The notes beneath the pieces were generated by a model. It was not told where the DNA came from, searched no databases, and saw only the letters and a program-made list of their open reading frames with translations. Shown piece by piece: positions 37,476 to 64,000 of a stretch of 64,000 bases of DNA; the first letter of the stretch is position 1; every line of letters starts with the position of its first letter. Source of the stretch: Podarcis gaigeae. Lineage: Eukaryota. The stretch is from the NCBI GenBank assembly GCA_964106915.2, contig OZ066918.1; one strand, 5' to 3'. A program made the translations under genes and the position numbers.

Positions 37476-40400
37476 ATGAGGAGATGGGACCGGAAGCAGG
37501 GCCTAGCAGAAGGGTGTGAGGGTGAGTGGGCGGAGGGACGGCCGGAAGGAAGCGCCAGAGATCCCGAGGAATCCCGAGGGCGGGGCCGGGGCCGGAAATC
37601 CGGGCGGCTTCAAGGCCTCCCTTTCCCCCTCCACAGAAGCAAGAGGAGCCAGAAATTTTAATACTGTTGTTCTGGGGGGGGGGAGGGGTACCCTGTGCAC
37701 ACTCACGGCCGCTATGTGCATTCAGCAAAACCAAGTGGGATAGATTTTATTGGCATTTTTACATATCAGTCCTTTGTGTTTAAAACGTAAAACCCAATTG
37801 AGTCCAAAGGGGTCCTTATTCTCAGGTGAGCGTCTGCAGGGTTGTAGCTATAGGCCTGAGGACTGCAATCTTGCCTGCACTCAGTTGGGCTTGCTTGCTC
37901 GTTTGCGTATTTATTTAATTTCTATATTTTTAAGGGGGGAGTTGAAGCGCTTTACAAGCTACATTGAAGCATCAATTAAAGCAATCCTGAATAAAATATA
38001 ACGGAATAAAAACAAATATAAAGTGTACCTTCAAAGCGACAGTTAATAGGAAACTGAAACATTACCTTAAAAGATTTCAAAACAAAACATAACAAAGGAG
38101 GTCAACTACAGAATACACATTTAATGCACTATGTTACTGGCCAAAGTTCCATCTGTTGTTAGAGTTTCTAGAGTAAGTTCTGCATTTGCCTAAGGGAGAC
38201 AGGCTGGCTTTGCTGTCAGCTGTTCCCACGCATCTCAACTTCATCTTCCTGCTGCAGAACCTGAATCCTCTGAAATATCTGGAGAAAGGTTGAAGGGAAG
38301 CCAGCCCTGCTCAATTTAGTATTCTGAAAGGAGGAAAAATCTGTATCACCAGCACAGACTTTTTATTCAGAATGTAGAATGCTACTTTAAAGTGAGTCAG
38401 ACCTTAGAGCCATCTAGTTCAGTATTGTTTGCACTGACTTGACAGCAGTTCTACAGGGTTTCAAACGGAACAACCTAGCCCTACTTGGACTTACTGGGAA
38501 TTGAACCTGCGGCCTTCTGAATACAAGGCACTACCGCTGAGCTGTGACCCATCCTTGAATCCTCCAAATTGGAGCCCCCCCTTCAAACCCTTATTCCACT
38601 TTAGATTTGTGTTAATCTGCAGAAATCAGGTTCAAAAGTCTCTTCTAATGATGCAGTTACATTAAGGACCACCTACTGAATAAACTTGCCAGTGTATTAA
38701 TTTCTCCTGTGCCCCTGTAAGTAATGAAATTGATGAAGAGTTGGGATAGCGGAGGTTTATAATTCTCTCTATTGGAAGGTTCACCTAGTGCTGGGTTTTT
38801 TTGTTTTGTTTGTTTTTTGGTGCCAGATAAACATTTTTTAATTGCACAGGTCTTTTAAAATATTTTAGAATTTTCAGGTTTTTAGTCTTCTGATTTTTGT
38901 ATGTGCCACTTTCACAGTTGCTTTTTTGTTAATTATTTGGTATTCTATATAATTTAATTTTGTATACTACTCTGGGAGACCAGGCTGAAAAGTGACTTAT
39001 TTGGTAATAAACAAGCAAACATATAAACACACAGACAGATCTGTTCAGACAATGCAACACAGAGAACAAGATCCAGGGAGAGCAAGAAGGCAAGAGGATC
39101 AGGAGTTACAGCAAAAGTAGCGTTCAACTTCCCATGTGTTTTTTCTGTACCTGTTTTGAGCTGATACAGATCAAGCTTGATTTCTTCTTTATGGTGATAC
39201 AAGTTTTCTGTTCTTATTGTGTGTACCCTTTAAAGCAGCTGCTGACAGGTTAAGGCTTTGTAAGGTTACTGGTGATGGGGAATCTATGAAGCTTCTATTT
39301 CTGAGAGCTGGGTGTGCTTGGGTGAGCAAGATGAAAGAAGCCAGTTAAAAGACAAAACAAGCGCTGGAGCTTGAGGTGGAAGGAATCGCCTCTCTCAATC
39401 ACTGTCTGTCACTTTTCTCTGAGACAGAGCCTGATTGCCTCTGGTTGTGTTTCTCTTCTAGGAATGGCCAATGGCTTTCTCATGGAAGTATGTGTTGATT
39501 CTGTGGAGTCTGCTGTGAATGCAGAGAGAGGAGGTAATCCCATAAAAAAGATGGAAGATGAAATACGTAAGGATCATTGAGGGGTCTTTCTAGGCCAGGA
39601 CACCTCTGAGTACACATGCTATATGTATTGAAAAGAGAGGCACACTTACTTCCCCAAGCAGTGTGAAACTGTTTTATGAACCCTTTTAGGCTTGAAAGGT
39701 AGGATATTAAATGTTATAAACTGCTCAGTAAGTAAAGACTTCCAAAGTTCTGATCTAGGTTAGTGACACATAGATTCAGGATATGCATTTATATATTTTA
39801 ATTGCCTGCAACCCAATTACTCTAGCCTTTGAGAGTAGGGCAAACTGCAAATTTAAATGAATAAATGTTAATTGCCTTGTCTTCAGCTGCTTTAACTACT
39901 TAAGTTGTCCTGCTCTGTTTTGCTGCAGTGCATTATAAAACATGGGCCGAGATACTCAAATCACCTATTAATTGTTTTTCTTTCTTAGTTACTACCTGAG
40001 TAGGGGTTGAAGTCTATGTGGTGACCAATCTCACTCTTGGCTCGAAAATTTCCAGCACTCCTACCCATTGGTTTATTTTATTTATTACTTAAATTTGTTA
40101 GTTGCTACTTACAAACAAACATCATCCCCATACCTTAACACACCCAACATAGATACATTAAAACCAAGGGGGGGGGAGGGAGGGAATACTTTAAAAAACA
40201 CTTCTAAATGGCCGCAGATAGTTAAAGGCCAAAGGCCTGCTTATAGAGGAAGGTTTTTGCCTGGCAGCTAAAGACATATAATGATGGAGCCGGGCGAACT
40301 TCCCTTGTTGGATTATAGCAAGGACCACATGGTTTCTTCATTATGTAGATCTCTGTTAAAATCTTGCAAACCACTTCTATTCAGAGGTTTAATGTGTGAC

Positions 40401-43400
40401 CCTGTTGCAGGTGCTGGCCGCCTTGAACTGTGTGCCAACCTCATGGAAGGAGGAACAACACCTACTATAGGTGAGTTGGCACATACAAGCCAAGATCCAA
40501 TCCACCATTTCTCTGCAAGATGTAGCAGTACTGAGCAGCCAAGCAATGTGGAGAAATGTTTGGACCTTTGCCCTCTAGGCCCTCTGTTCCTGGAACAGAA
40601 AGAAAATACCTGTTGTTCTGCTTGCTCTTTTTGTGTTCCTCTGTGTCATCAGCACCTCCTGGTCTTTTTGCAAGACAGGCTGTTATTTAATCACCCTATT
40701 TCACCTTCCTTTCTTCAGCAGCCCCTTCTCCTAAATTCTGCAAAAAGGGTTTGACATCTGCCCTGTTCTCTTCTCCCTTGCTTCTCTTAGACCCAGTGCT
40801 GATGGTCTAGCTCTGGGATGGGGAACGTGTGGCTCTCCAGGTGATGTTAGACTCCAACTCGCCTCAGCCTAAACAGTCAGTGGTCAGTTGATTGGAGTTG
40901 TAGTTCACCAACATCTGGAAGGCATCTTCTTGGCTACTCCAGACATAGGCAGAACTGAGCTAGATGGCTCAGTGTTCTCCCTTTGTATAAGGCATCTTGC
41001 TATGATCCTAAGTTCCTCCGTACCATGTTCTAGGTTTCACTTCTTGTCCATCTCATAGAACAATCCAGTACATAACTGACACCATGTCCTAAACCTGTTT
41101 GACTGCAGGCCTTTTGCAAGTGGTGAAGCAGTGTACAAGGGTGCCTGTATTTGTGATGATCCGCCCCCGTGGGGGGGATTTCCTCTATTCTGACCGAGAA
41201 GTGGAGGTGATGAAAGCAGACATCCGACTTGCCAAGCAACATGGGGCTGATGGGTTGGTGTTTGGAGCCTTAACTGAGGATGGACGTGTGGATACAGAGC
41301 TCTGCACAGCGCTGCTGGGTGAGCAGGCTTTACTTTTCATAGGGCTTATTTGGTGCTTGAGTAGTGATTGTCGTACAGTGCCACCAGCTAATAATTCAAA
41401 TTAAGAAATATTTCCTATAGGCAAGAGGCAAGATCCACGAGATACTAGAGCCTGCCTCACTATACTGAGCTATTCATTCATTCATTCATTCATTCATTTA
41501 CAGTATAAGAGAAATCAATCCAACCTTCATCATGTGATCCCAGGGTGGGTTACAGCAGAATAAAAACAATGCAGCACAATTTATAAAAACATAACATGAT
41601 GCCAAAATGACAACAGCGCTTTAGCACCAGTCGTGCTCCTAGAGCAGTCTACACCAAGCTGGTATCCTCCAGATGTTTGGGGCTATAACTCCCATTAGCC
41701 CCAGCTAATTTGACAAAGGCTGCTCTAGAGGGAGGACATTCCATAGGTCATTCCATAAATGAATGAATTATTCAGATAAAGCAGGAGCCAAATGCTGTAA
41801 TGGTTGGGATGAATGACCTTTGTTTGTAAGAAGGGGCACTGTGCAGCTCTGATGGAGAGAGTGATAGGTAGCCATAAATTCTGCACAGAAGGAAGAATTA
41901 TCCAGAAGAATAGGAAACTTTATTGAAAGAATGATAACTGTATGGTTTTTCTGGACCCTCAAAAATGCAAAGAAAATAATTACTAGCTATTTTCTCTATT
42001 TAACTGAAACGGACAGTATATCTTCTGAAGAAGAATTAGTCTTTCTAGAGGAAGCCTGTCTTCTCCCTGCATGCCCCCCCCAAAAAATTGGCTCTAGCTA
42101 GGTGAAGCCTGTCCTCTTCCTACATGTCCCCCCCCCCCAGAACAGCACAAGGAGGAGGAAAGGTGGGAAAAGTTCTGTGAGGCTAGCTGAAATACAGCAG
42201 CTAAACTATTTTAACCAGAAGCCAATATCCATTCACTCCATGGTTGATTATTCCACACGCTACCTAGGGAGAAGAGTGGATACATCTTTAGTCTACACCT
42301 GGATTACTTTCTAAAATAAGTGCATAAGCCAAACATGTGTGAGGGGTTTGATACACAAAATGAGAAAATAAATGCCATACAAAGAGCTAGCTAGTGGGCA
42401 GTCTCAGTGGAAATGAGAAAAGATGATGAATCCATATTGCAGAAATGGTGTCAGATGACAACAGCCACTTTGGTTGAACCATCTGGAGAAGTTTCCTTTC
42501 TTTCCAGGGCCAGTAGCAGAAGCATTGCCTTCACAAAGACAACCCCTAAGCAAAGGTATACTAACCATCTGGGATCTGTTCTTTTTGCAGCTGCTTCCCG
42601 CCCTCTGCCAGTCACCTTCCACAGAGGTGAGTTTCTGCCTGCTGGTTTCCCACAGACATCTGGTTGGGCACTGTGAGAACATGATGCTGGACTGGATAGG
42701 CCATTGGACAGGTCCAGCAGACTCTTCTTACAGAGCTTGGAGTGGGGAATGAAAGCCGGACTGCCCCCTTGCAGGACGTAGGCTCAGGCACAATGGCCTT
42801 ACCTTGGTGGGGGGGACTATGAGAATGTTCTCTGGGAATTGCACATATTAGGTCTGTCTACCAGGGATTTGGGACTAGGCTAAAGCCTGGAATATGTCAG
42901 TAGATTTGCTTTCCAGAAGATTTGGCAGTAAAGACTGACATGCTCCATTTTTCTCAGCTTTTGACATGGTCTATGAGCCTTTGGCAGCCTTGGAAACGCT
43001 AATATCGATGGGCTTTGAACGGGTCCTGACTAGTGGCTGTGACAGCTCTGTTCTAGAGGGGCTGCCCTTGATAAAACGACTGACAGAACAGGTGAGGTGT
43101 CATCTCTACCAAATTTGTAAGTCTCATACACTTTTCTTGCCTACAAGGAACTGGACAGAGTGTGGTGGGGACAGAGAAATGCCAGCTAGCAGTCTTTCAT
43201 GGTCTTCAGATGGGTGAGGGTTTTTCAACGATTAAGGGTAAAAACTGGCCTCCCCATTGAATATACAGAAACTGTTCCTTGCACCTTCTGATACAATAGC
43301 TTCTTTCAGTATTGCATGAATTCCCATAGGCTACCGCAATAAATTAGCTCCCATCTTCTCTTTTAAGTATACAATATGCGCATGGCACACCCATATCTCA

Positions 43401-45438
43401 CACCTGTCCAGCAGAATGCACAACAGACAAAAAAGTCTACGAAGGAGTCACTCAGTTATTTTAAAGTTGCTTCCAGTCTCTAACTGCGGGACCTGACATC
43501 TTTCCGCAGGGCCTGCAAGACAGAGTTGTTCCACCAGGCCTTTGGTCAGGGCGCAGCCTGACTCCCTCCTCTGGCAACCTGCACAGAATATTGCTTAATT
43601 GGTTGCCATTAATTTGATTTTAATTAATTTTTATAATGAATATTTTGAATGTGTGATTATTTGATTGTTTGATTATTTGATTATTGTTAGCCGCCCTGAG
43701 CCCGGCTTCGGCTGGGGAGGGTGGGATATAAATAAAATTTATTATTATTATTATTATTATTAACACTGGGGTGAAGTTGAAGCAGTCCTGCTGATACTGA
43801 TATGACAGCATATAGTTTCTGAAGTTCAACCATCCCAGGATGGGGGTGAAACTTGGTAGATCCTCAGTTGTTTGACTTTGCAGAGGTGAAATATACACAA
43901 TGATAGACAAATGTGGGAGCATACTTTCCTAGAGGAGCATGTAAGAAACTCAATGTGACAGTATTACTTGGAGCAAACCCTTTGAAAAGCAGCATTAAAA
44001 AATGAAATTAAATATTGCAAATAAATCCATTCTACATCTTCCTTAACAGAATATTTGTGCTACCCATTTGGTGTGTTTTCTCCTGTAAGCAAGACCACTA
44101 AACCCATTTTCCCTTCCTTTTCAGGCTAAGGGCAGGATTGTTGTAGTGCCAGGTAAGACTCTTCAATGAGTACCACTTGTTGGCATAGATCAGAACTCTA
44201 GCACCAACCAAGCATGTTGTTAGGCAGCCCCACTTGCTCAAGTGGCAAGAAGTCCAGGAACAGAGCTTTAGGGTGCAATTCCCTTTGGATGAGAGTGCAC
44301 GAAAGACTTAATCTTCATAATATTTACTTATTTGCAGATATAAAAACAGACAGAGCATAGTAGAAATAGATGGATGTCACAACTGCTTGAAACTGCATTA
44401 GGTTAAAGGAATAGTGTGGACACCCACGCACAACCCCTACCTGCTTAACTTGCTGCTGTAGACTCTTTGCCTCTGTCAATCCAAATTCAAGTTGCTTCTA
44501 GCTATCTGTCCCTTCCTTAAACTCTTATAGGTATGGCATTATGAAGGCAAAGATTTCCAGGCATCAAGGAACATTAACTAATGTTCCCTTATCGTGTTCC
44601 TGAGTGATCACTAACTGTCAGGCAAAACAAAAGCAGTGGGCCATTTGCTAATCAGCAGCTAAACTGATAAGATAATACCTGATGGGCATCTGCTCCCTTC
44701 CAGAGGCATATTTAGGAGCTCTACCTGCTTCAGAGCTGTGAGTGCAGCCTGCATTGACCCTAAAGATTAGCCCCTGGTTCAGAGCAAAGGGATTTCTCCC
44801 ATCTATTTAATGACCCAGAATGTAGCTCTGTCTATTCCTGCTTAACTTCATGTTTGTGACTGAGTGATGGGTTCTCTCCACCAGGGGGAGGCATAACCGA
44901 GAGAAACCTGCAGAGAATCTTAGAAGGCTCTGGCGCCTCTGAGTTTCACTGCTCGGCGCGCTCACTCAAAGACTCAGGAATGAAGTTCAGGTAACTGAGC
45001 AAGTTTCTATCCTGACTTACTGAGGGGCCCAAGCCTTGCTTCCATCTCCCGATGCAGCTCCACCGTTTGGGGTAGTAACTTGACTAAGAACATCTGGGGC
45101 ACTGGAACCTGACAGGTGCATTTAGCTGGGAGCAAGGCATCGTTGCATTAGGGATGGACTTGTGTCTGTAGTTCATAGTTGCAGATGCAGTGGGTTAAGG
45201 TAGCACCCAAAAGGCAACATGACAGCAGATTATGGCCCAGTGGGTAGGACTTAGGATGGTTCTTTTTCCGGCTCTTCTAGGTCCAGGTTCCAGACAGTAA
45301 CCAAAGACTTGTTGGTATTCTTTTAGAAACCCTTACATTACCATGGGGGCCTACCTCTCCACACCTGAATATTCCATCAAGGTGGCCGATGTGGCTAAAG
45401 TGAGGACCCTGAATGCAATTGCAAAGAATATCCTGTAG
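37476..45438 (+). CDS. CUTC: Copper homeostasis protein CutC homolog (267 aa, 9 exons)
   Basis: join 37476..37521, 39462..39533, 40411..40470, 41109..41318, 42591..42626, 42958..43091, 44125..44152, 44885..44990, 45327..45438 = 804 nt in frame. Motifs MEVCVDSVESA, RLELCANL, GGTTP, MIRPRGGDF, TFHRAFD, VLTSG, PGGG, EFHCSAR. Exon 1 (MRRWDRKQGLAEGCEG) is less certain than exons 2-9. Confidence 0.93.
38390..38552 (-). mobile_element. tRNA-derived SINE fragment
   Basis: ggaattgaacct...cactaccgctgagctgtgaccc is the reverse complement of a decayed A/B-box tRNA head. Confidence 0.5.
43470..43762 (+). mobile_element. L2-like LINE 3' end with (ATT)n tail
   Basis: ...ttccaccaggcctttgg...ttgttagccgccctgagcccggcttcggctggggagggtgggatataaataaa followed by (ATT)n. 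Confidence 0.65.
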
Positions 45439-45716
45439 AACAAGCTACTGTGGGCCAGGAAGACCCAGAGCCCTGTGACCTGCGCAATCCATAGACTTAG
45501 ACATTTCAACCGCATCCTTGCCAGCGCTTAAAGGACATGGGTCAATCAAATGAAGAAGCCTCTGCTTGTTTTTCTCCTATTCCCACTTGCTCCACAGCGT
45601 TTTTTCCTCAGATGTCGTAATGCCGTTTTGTCTGTGGGGAGCAAATGACGGGGAGGGGCTTAATTAAAGGGGTACTCGCCATCGGGCAACACTCTCCCTG
45701 TTAAGGTCTCTTCTCA

Positions 45717-45722
45717 AATAAA
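45717..45722 (+). terminator. Candidate CUTC polyadenylation signal
   Basis: AATAAA about 280 nt after the CUTC stop. Confidence 0.55.
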
Positions 45723-45921
45723 CCCTGAAGCCACTCCGTATCACTGTGGCTTTTCTTCCTGTAGAGGCCACGGCAAGACTTTGAACTGCTCCCAAAGGAA
45801 ATGGGCCAGGGTGGGGGGGAAGAGCACATTCGGTGTTGCAGGCTTCCTTCATCCCACCTCAGTTTGATTGGAGTGGAAGACTACTTCTTTGAAGTACATA
45901 GAGGAAAGTGGTAAAGCAATA

Positions 45922-46248
45922 CAGTGGTGCCTCGCAAGACAAAATTAATCCGTTCCACGAGTCTCTTCGTCTAGCGGTTTTTTCGTCTTGCGAAGCAAGC
46001 CCATTGACGACTTAGCGGATTAGCGCTATTAGCGGCTTTTAGCGACTTAGCGGATAAGCAGATAAGCGGCTTAGCGGCTTAGAAAAAGGGGGGGAGGGGA
46101 AAAAACCCCGCAGGAACTCGCAAGACATTTTTGTCTTGCGAAGCAAGCCCATAGGAAATTTGTTTTGTGAAGCACCTCCAAAACAGAAAACCCTTTCGTC
46201 TAGCGGGTTTTCCGTCTTGCGAGGCATTCGTCTTGCGGGGCACCACTG
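45922..46248. mobile_element. Tigger/pogo-like MITE, 327 bp
   Basis: TA|CAGTGGTGCCTCGCAAGAC ... GTCTTGCGGGGCACCACTG|TA; repeated subterminal TCGTCTTGCG/TCGTCTAGCGG motifs and internal TTAGCGG repeats; CpGs retained. Confidence 0.9.
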
Positions 46249-46434
46249 TATTGCAATTGCAGGAGGAGGAATCTCTCTGAGAGGGTTAGAGAGCAATCAC
46301 AAGGTGACCAAGCACTGCAATTCCGTACACCTGACAGCAAAATTTCATTGTTGCCTGGTTCTGGATTCTGTCCTACAGAAGTCATTAGAGAGGGTGAAGT
46401 TTCTATGTAATTTATATAAAAAAATTATATACCA

Positions 46435-46833
46435 CTATTGATAAAAATGCCAGAGTAGTTTGCAACAATTATACATAGAACCACACAACAAAAACCATAT
46501 TGAAAAGTTAAAATCAGAAATGAGGTAGCTTTTACAGAAAGATGTATTCTTGATTTCCTGCATGAACCTGTTAATCCTTATTGGCAGAACATTCCACAGT
46601 GCTGGACTGATGATGCTAAAGGCTTGGATGCTTGTTGTCAGATCTCCACCAATTTGGGGAATGACCAATGACGCTCCTGCAAATGATCTTAGTGACTGAG
46701 CTGGGATATAAGGGTTCAGGCGGAACGAGGCCAAGGGAAGCCCCACACAGAGCACATTGCAGTAATCCAACCTCATGTTTATCAACACATGGACTACAGT
46801 AGCCAGGCTGCAAGGTTGCCCTAAGGGCTTCAT
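46435..46833 (-). mobile_element. L2 LINE ORF2 C-terminal remnant
   Basis: Translation contains LATVVHVLINMRLDYCNVL and SLRS...AFS..SPALWNVLP..I, the conserved post-RT motifs of L2 elements. Confidence 0.8.
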
Positions 46834-47260
46834 TTTCTTGCCCTTATGGCATTTGCCGCCATTTGCATAGCTTCATGACAAGCAGGGCAGCTCCTCAGGT
46901 AAGTTAACCTTCCAGAATAATCAGTATCTTGAGGAGGAGCAGACGTTCAGAAAACGTTTGAGGTTTTATCTGACTCTGGTAAGGGGAGTTTAGAGATTCA
47001 TAGATTGTGTAAGAGATAGTCATGTGGTTTCTGCTGCTAAAGGCCATTGTGGATCTCACACAATGACTCACAAGTAAAGCTAAGCCAAATCATGACTTGG
47101 CACAAATTCTCTGACATACAGAAGAGGAGAGATTGTGATTGCTCCTCTGGGCCTGCCGCTTCAAGCTAAGCCTGGGCCCATGTCTGAAGCAAGACAAACT
47201 ATGGTCTTGGGCTTACAGCAGGACTAGAGAAGGAGCAAAGCAGATGTGAATTTTGAGAAC

Positions 47261-47319
47261 CTGTGTGTCTGATCTATGAAATTCAACTCTGTGTGTCTGA
47301 TCTATGAAATTCAACTCTG
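47261..47319. repeat. 28-bp perfect tandem duplication
   Basis: (ctgtgtgtctgatctatgaaattcaact)x2 followed by ctg. Confidence 0.9.
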
Positions 47320-48413
47320 CCCCCCTCCACCTTTACAAATAAAAGTACCCTGAGAAAGGGGAACACCGTTGCAACAGCCTGCCATTAACACCAATTTGTA
47401 GGAAGGAATATGGGCCCTTCCCTGTGTCTCAGCTTAAGGCAGAATTGGGAGTTAGAAAGTTGTCCATTATGGAAAGGTGGTCTTCACTTCCCATTTCCTA
47501 AGGTTGTGTTGTGTGCTCCTGAATTTTAACAGACTGCTGCCATACAGATAGGGACACTGTTTATAATATGATGAGATTTGATTAACTATCTAATAATTAA
47601 CCACGAGGGATTTAAATTGCATGTTCCGTGGACATTGGACCCTTTAGTCAGGACTATGAATCACAGTCGGTTCTGGGTATATTGATTGTATAAAGAATGA
47701 GACAGCAGAATCTCTCTTGCCTTTTTTTCAGTTCGTTTCACGAGCACTTTGGGTAAGGGGGGGGGGGAAGACACAAAATGAGGTCAGTATTACTGCTGGT
47801 GGTTTTTGTCTTTTATCCCGAGTAGTATTTTCATAGTTCCCGGCCCCCCACCCCCTCCAACCTGGTTTGCTCACTCTCAGACCACTTTTTGTGATTCAGT
47901 ACTTCCCAGATTGAGATCTATGGATCCCCCAGTGCGGTACCAATCTGATGGGACACTAGAACACTCCATGACGCTTGACTGGCTGTGTAGGATTACACAA
48001 TGGGGATACCTAGCTGCTGGAATGGGGAAGACTCTGCTGCATACTTTCAGAAACCCCTTGCCCACAGAAATCATGATGCAGAAGAACAATGGGGCAGAAT
48101 CAGACCGAGACAGTGCTGGAAATCTGCGGAGGTGGAGAGTAGCATAGGAAATTCCCTAGTGTGGAAAAGGGTAATGGTTGTCTTCCCACACTTTCTTCCC
48201 AGGCATTATTCAACTTTATCATCACTGGGGAGTGGGTCTTAGACTAGTGGTGAGTCAACTTGAGGGATCTCATCCAAGACAGCACACGTTGCTGCCCACC
48301 AGAATCCATGCCACCACTCTCCTGCAGTGTCTCTGGCAATACCCAGGCAGCTCCTCTGCCTATGCCATCCAAGGTTCATGAATTTGATCCATGGGGCTGA
48401 CTGCACACCAGGA

Positions 48414-48426
48414 GTTAACGATTAAT
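48414..48426. promoter_or_regulatory. HNF1-like site in ABCC2 proximal promoter
   Basis: GTTAACGATTAAT versus consensus GTTAATNATTAAC (2 mismatches), about 125 nt upstream of the ATG; non-CpG promoter. Confidence 0.5.
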
Positions 48427-48547
48427 GATCTGTTGTTTAGAGGCTGTGCCCAACGCCCCTCGGTTGAACCTGTGAGACTTTCATCCTGCTCAGCCTCTCT
48501 GGCTGATAGATAGGTCGGACAAAGGCAGGAGGAAGAAGTGCCTTGCC

Positions 48548-63376
<14,829 letters not shown>

Positions 63377-64000
63377 TGATACTCCACCTTTCTTCCAAAG
63401 CGAACAAAAATCTAGCCAGTGTGGAAGAATAGCATTATCGATTCAGGTAATTGAAAGCTGGCTCCAAAAGAAGTCACTGACTCCAAATGGTCTGTGACTG
63501 TTTTCTACAGATGAAAGCTTGCTCTGTCCCCTGGTAAAGAGTGTAGAGCTCAACCCTCTTTGGGACTGAGATCCATATTACTTGAATCAGTAAATTAAAT
63601 CAACTGCATCAGCTGGATTTGGTGTTTGCTTCTGTTTTGTGATGCTGCCTTTCAATGTGTTCTTAGAAAACTGAGGCAGCTGGCAGAAGGCTAAGTTAAA
63701 ACAAGCAAACAACAATGCTAAATAAAGAGGATTAGAAATTCAACATACGGCAATATTAAGATTCATGAAAGCCAAATGTCAGGACCTAACCTAGCTCCAA
63801 GAGTGGGTCCTGTTCAGGTTGAGGTGTTCAAGGATCAGAAGGGAAACAGATGTGGCCACAGATGGAGTGGAGGTCAAGCATTGGATCAAAGGCAATAGAT
63901 GCAATTGTAGGTAGTTTGGAGTTCATGCAGATGAAGATCCAAAGGCCAGAGGCATGTGTAGAGTCAGAACCTGGCAGAAAGGCAGCAACAGGGGGTTGAT

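Overview
Vertebrate genomic DNA, inferred from its repeats to be a squamate reptile, probably a lacertid-type lizard. It corresponds to the block syntenic with human 10q24.2. By reading splice sites and translating, I find seven intron-containing genes: NKX2-3 (+, 5' start just outside the window), SLC25A28/mitoferrin-2 (-), ENTPD7 (+), ATP6V0E2 (-), COX15 (-), CUTC (+) and ABCC2 exons 1-18 (+, runs off the end). ATP6V0E2 (81 aa, V-ATPase subunit e2) is invisible to the ORF track. It sits between ENTPD7 and COX15, where human has no such gene, and its 3' end meets or overlaps the ENTPD7 3' UTR. There are two compact bidirectional CpG-island promoters (SLC25A28/ENTPD7 and COX15/CUTC). Non-genic DNA contains TA-flanked Tc1/mariner-type MITEs, a probable solo LTR, L2/CR1/Sauria-SINE fragments, a dispersed ~90-bp hairpin repeat, microsatellites and one 216-N gap. 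No CRISPR array, rRNA or bona fide tRNA gene was found. I found no evidence for a wholly novel biochemical system; the strongest signals concern gene order and regulation. Comparisons to human proteins and gene order are from memory, not from a search.
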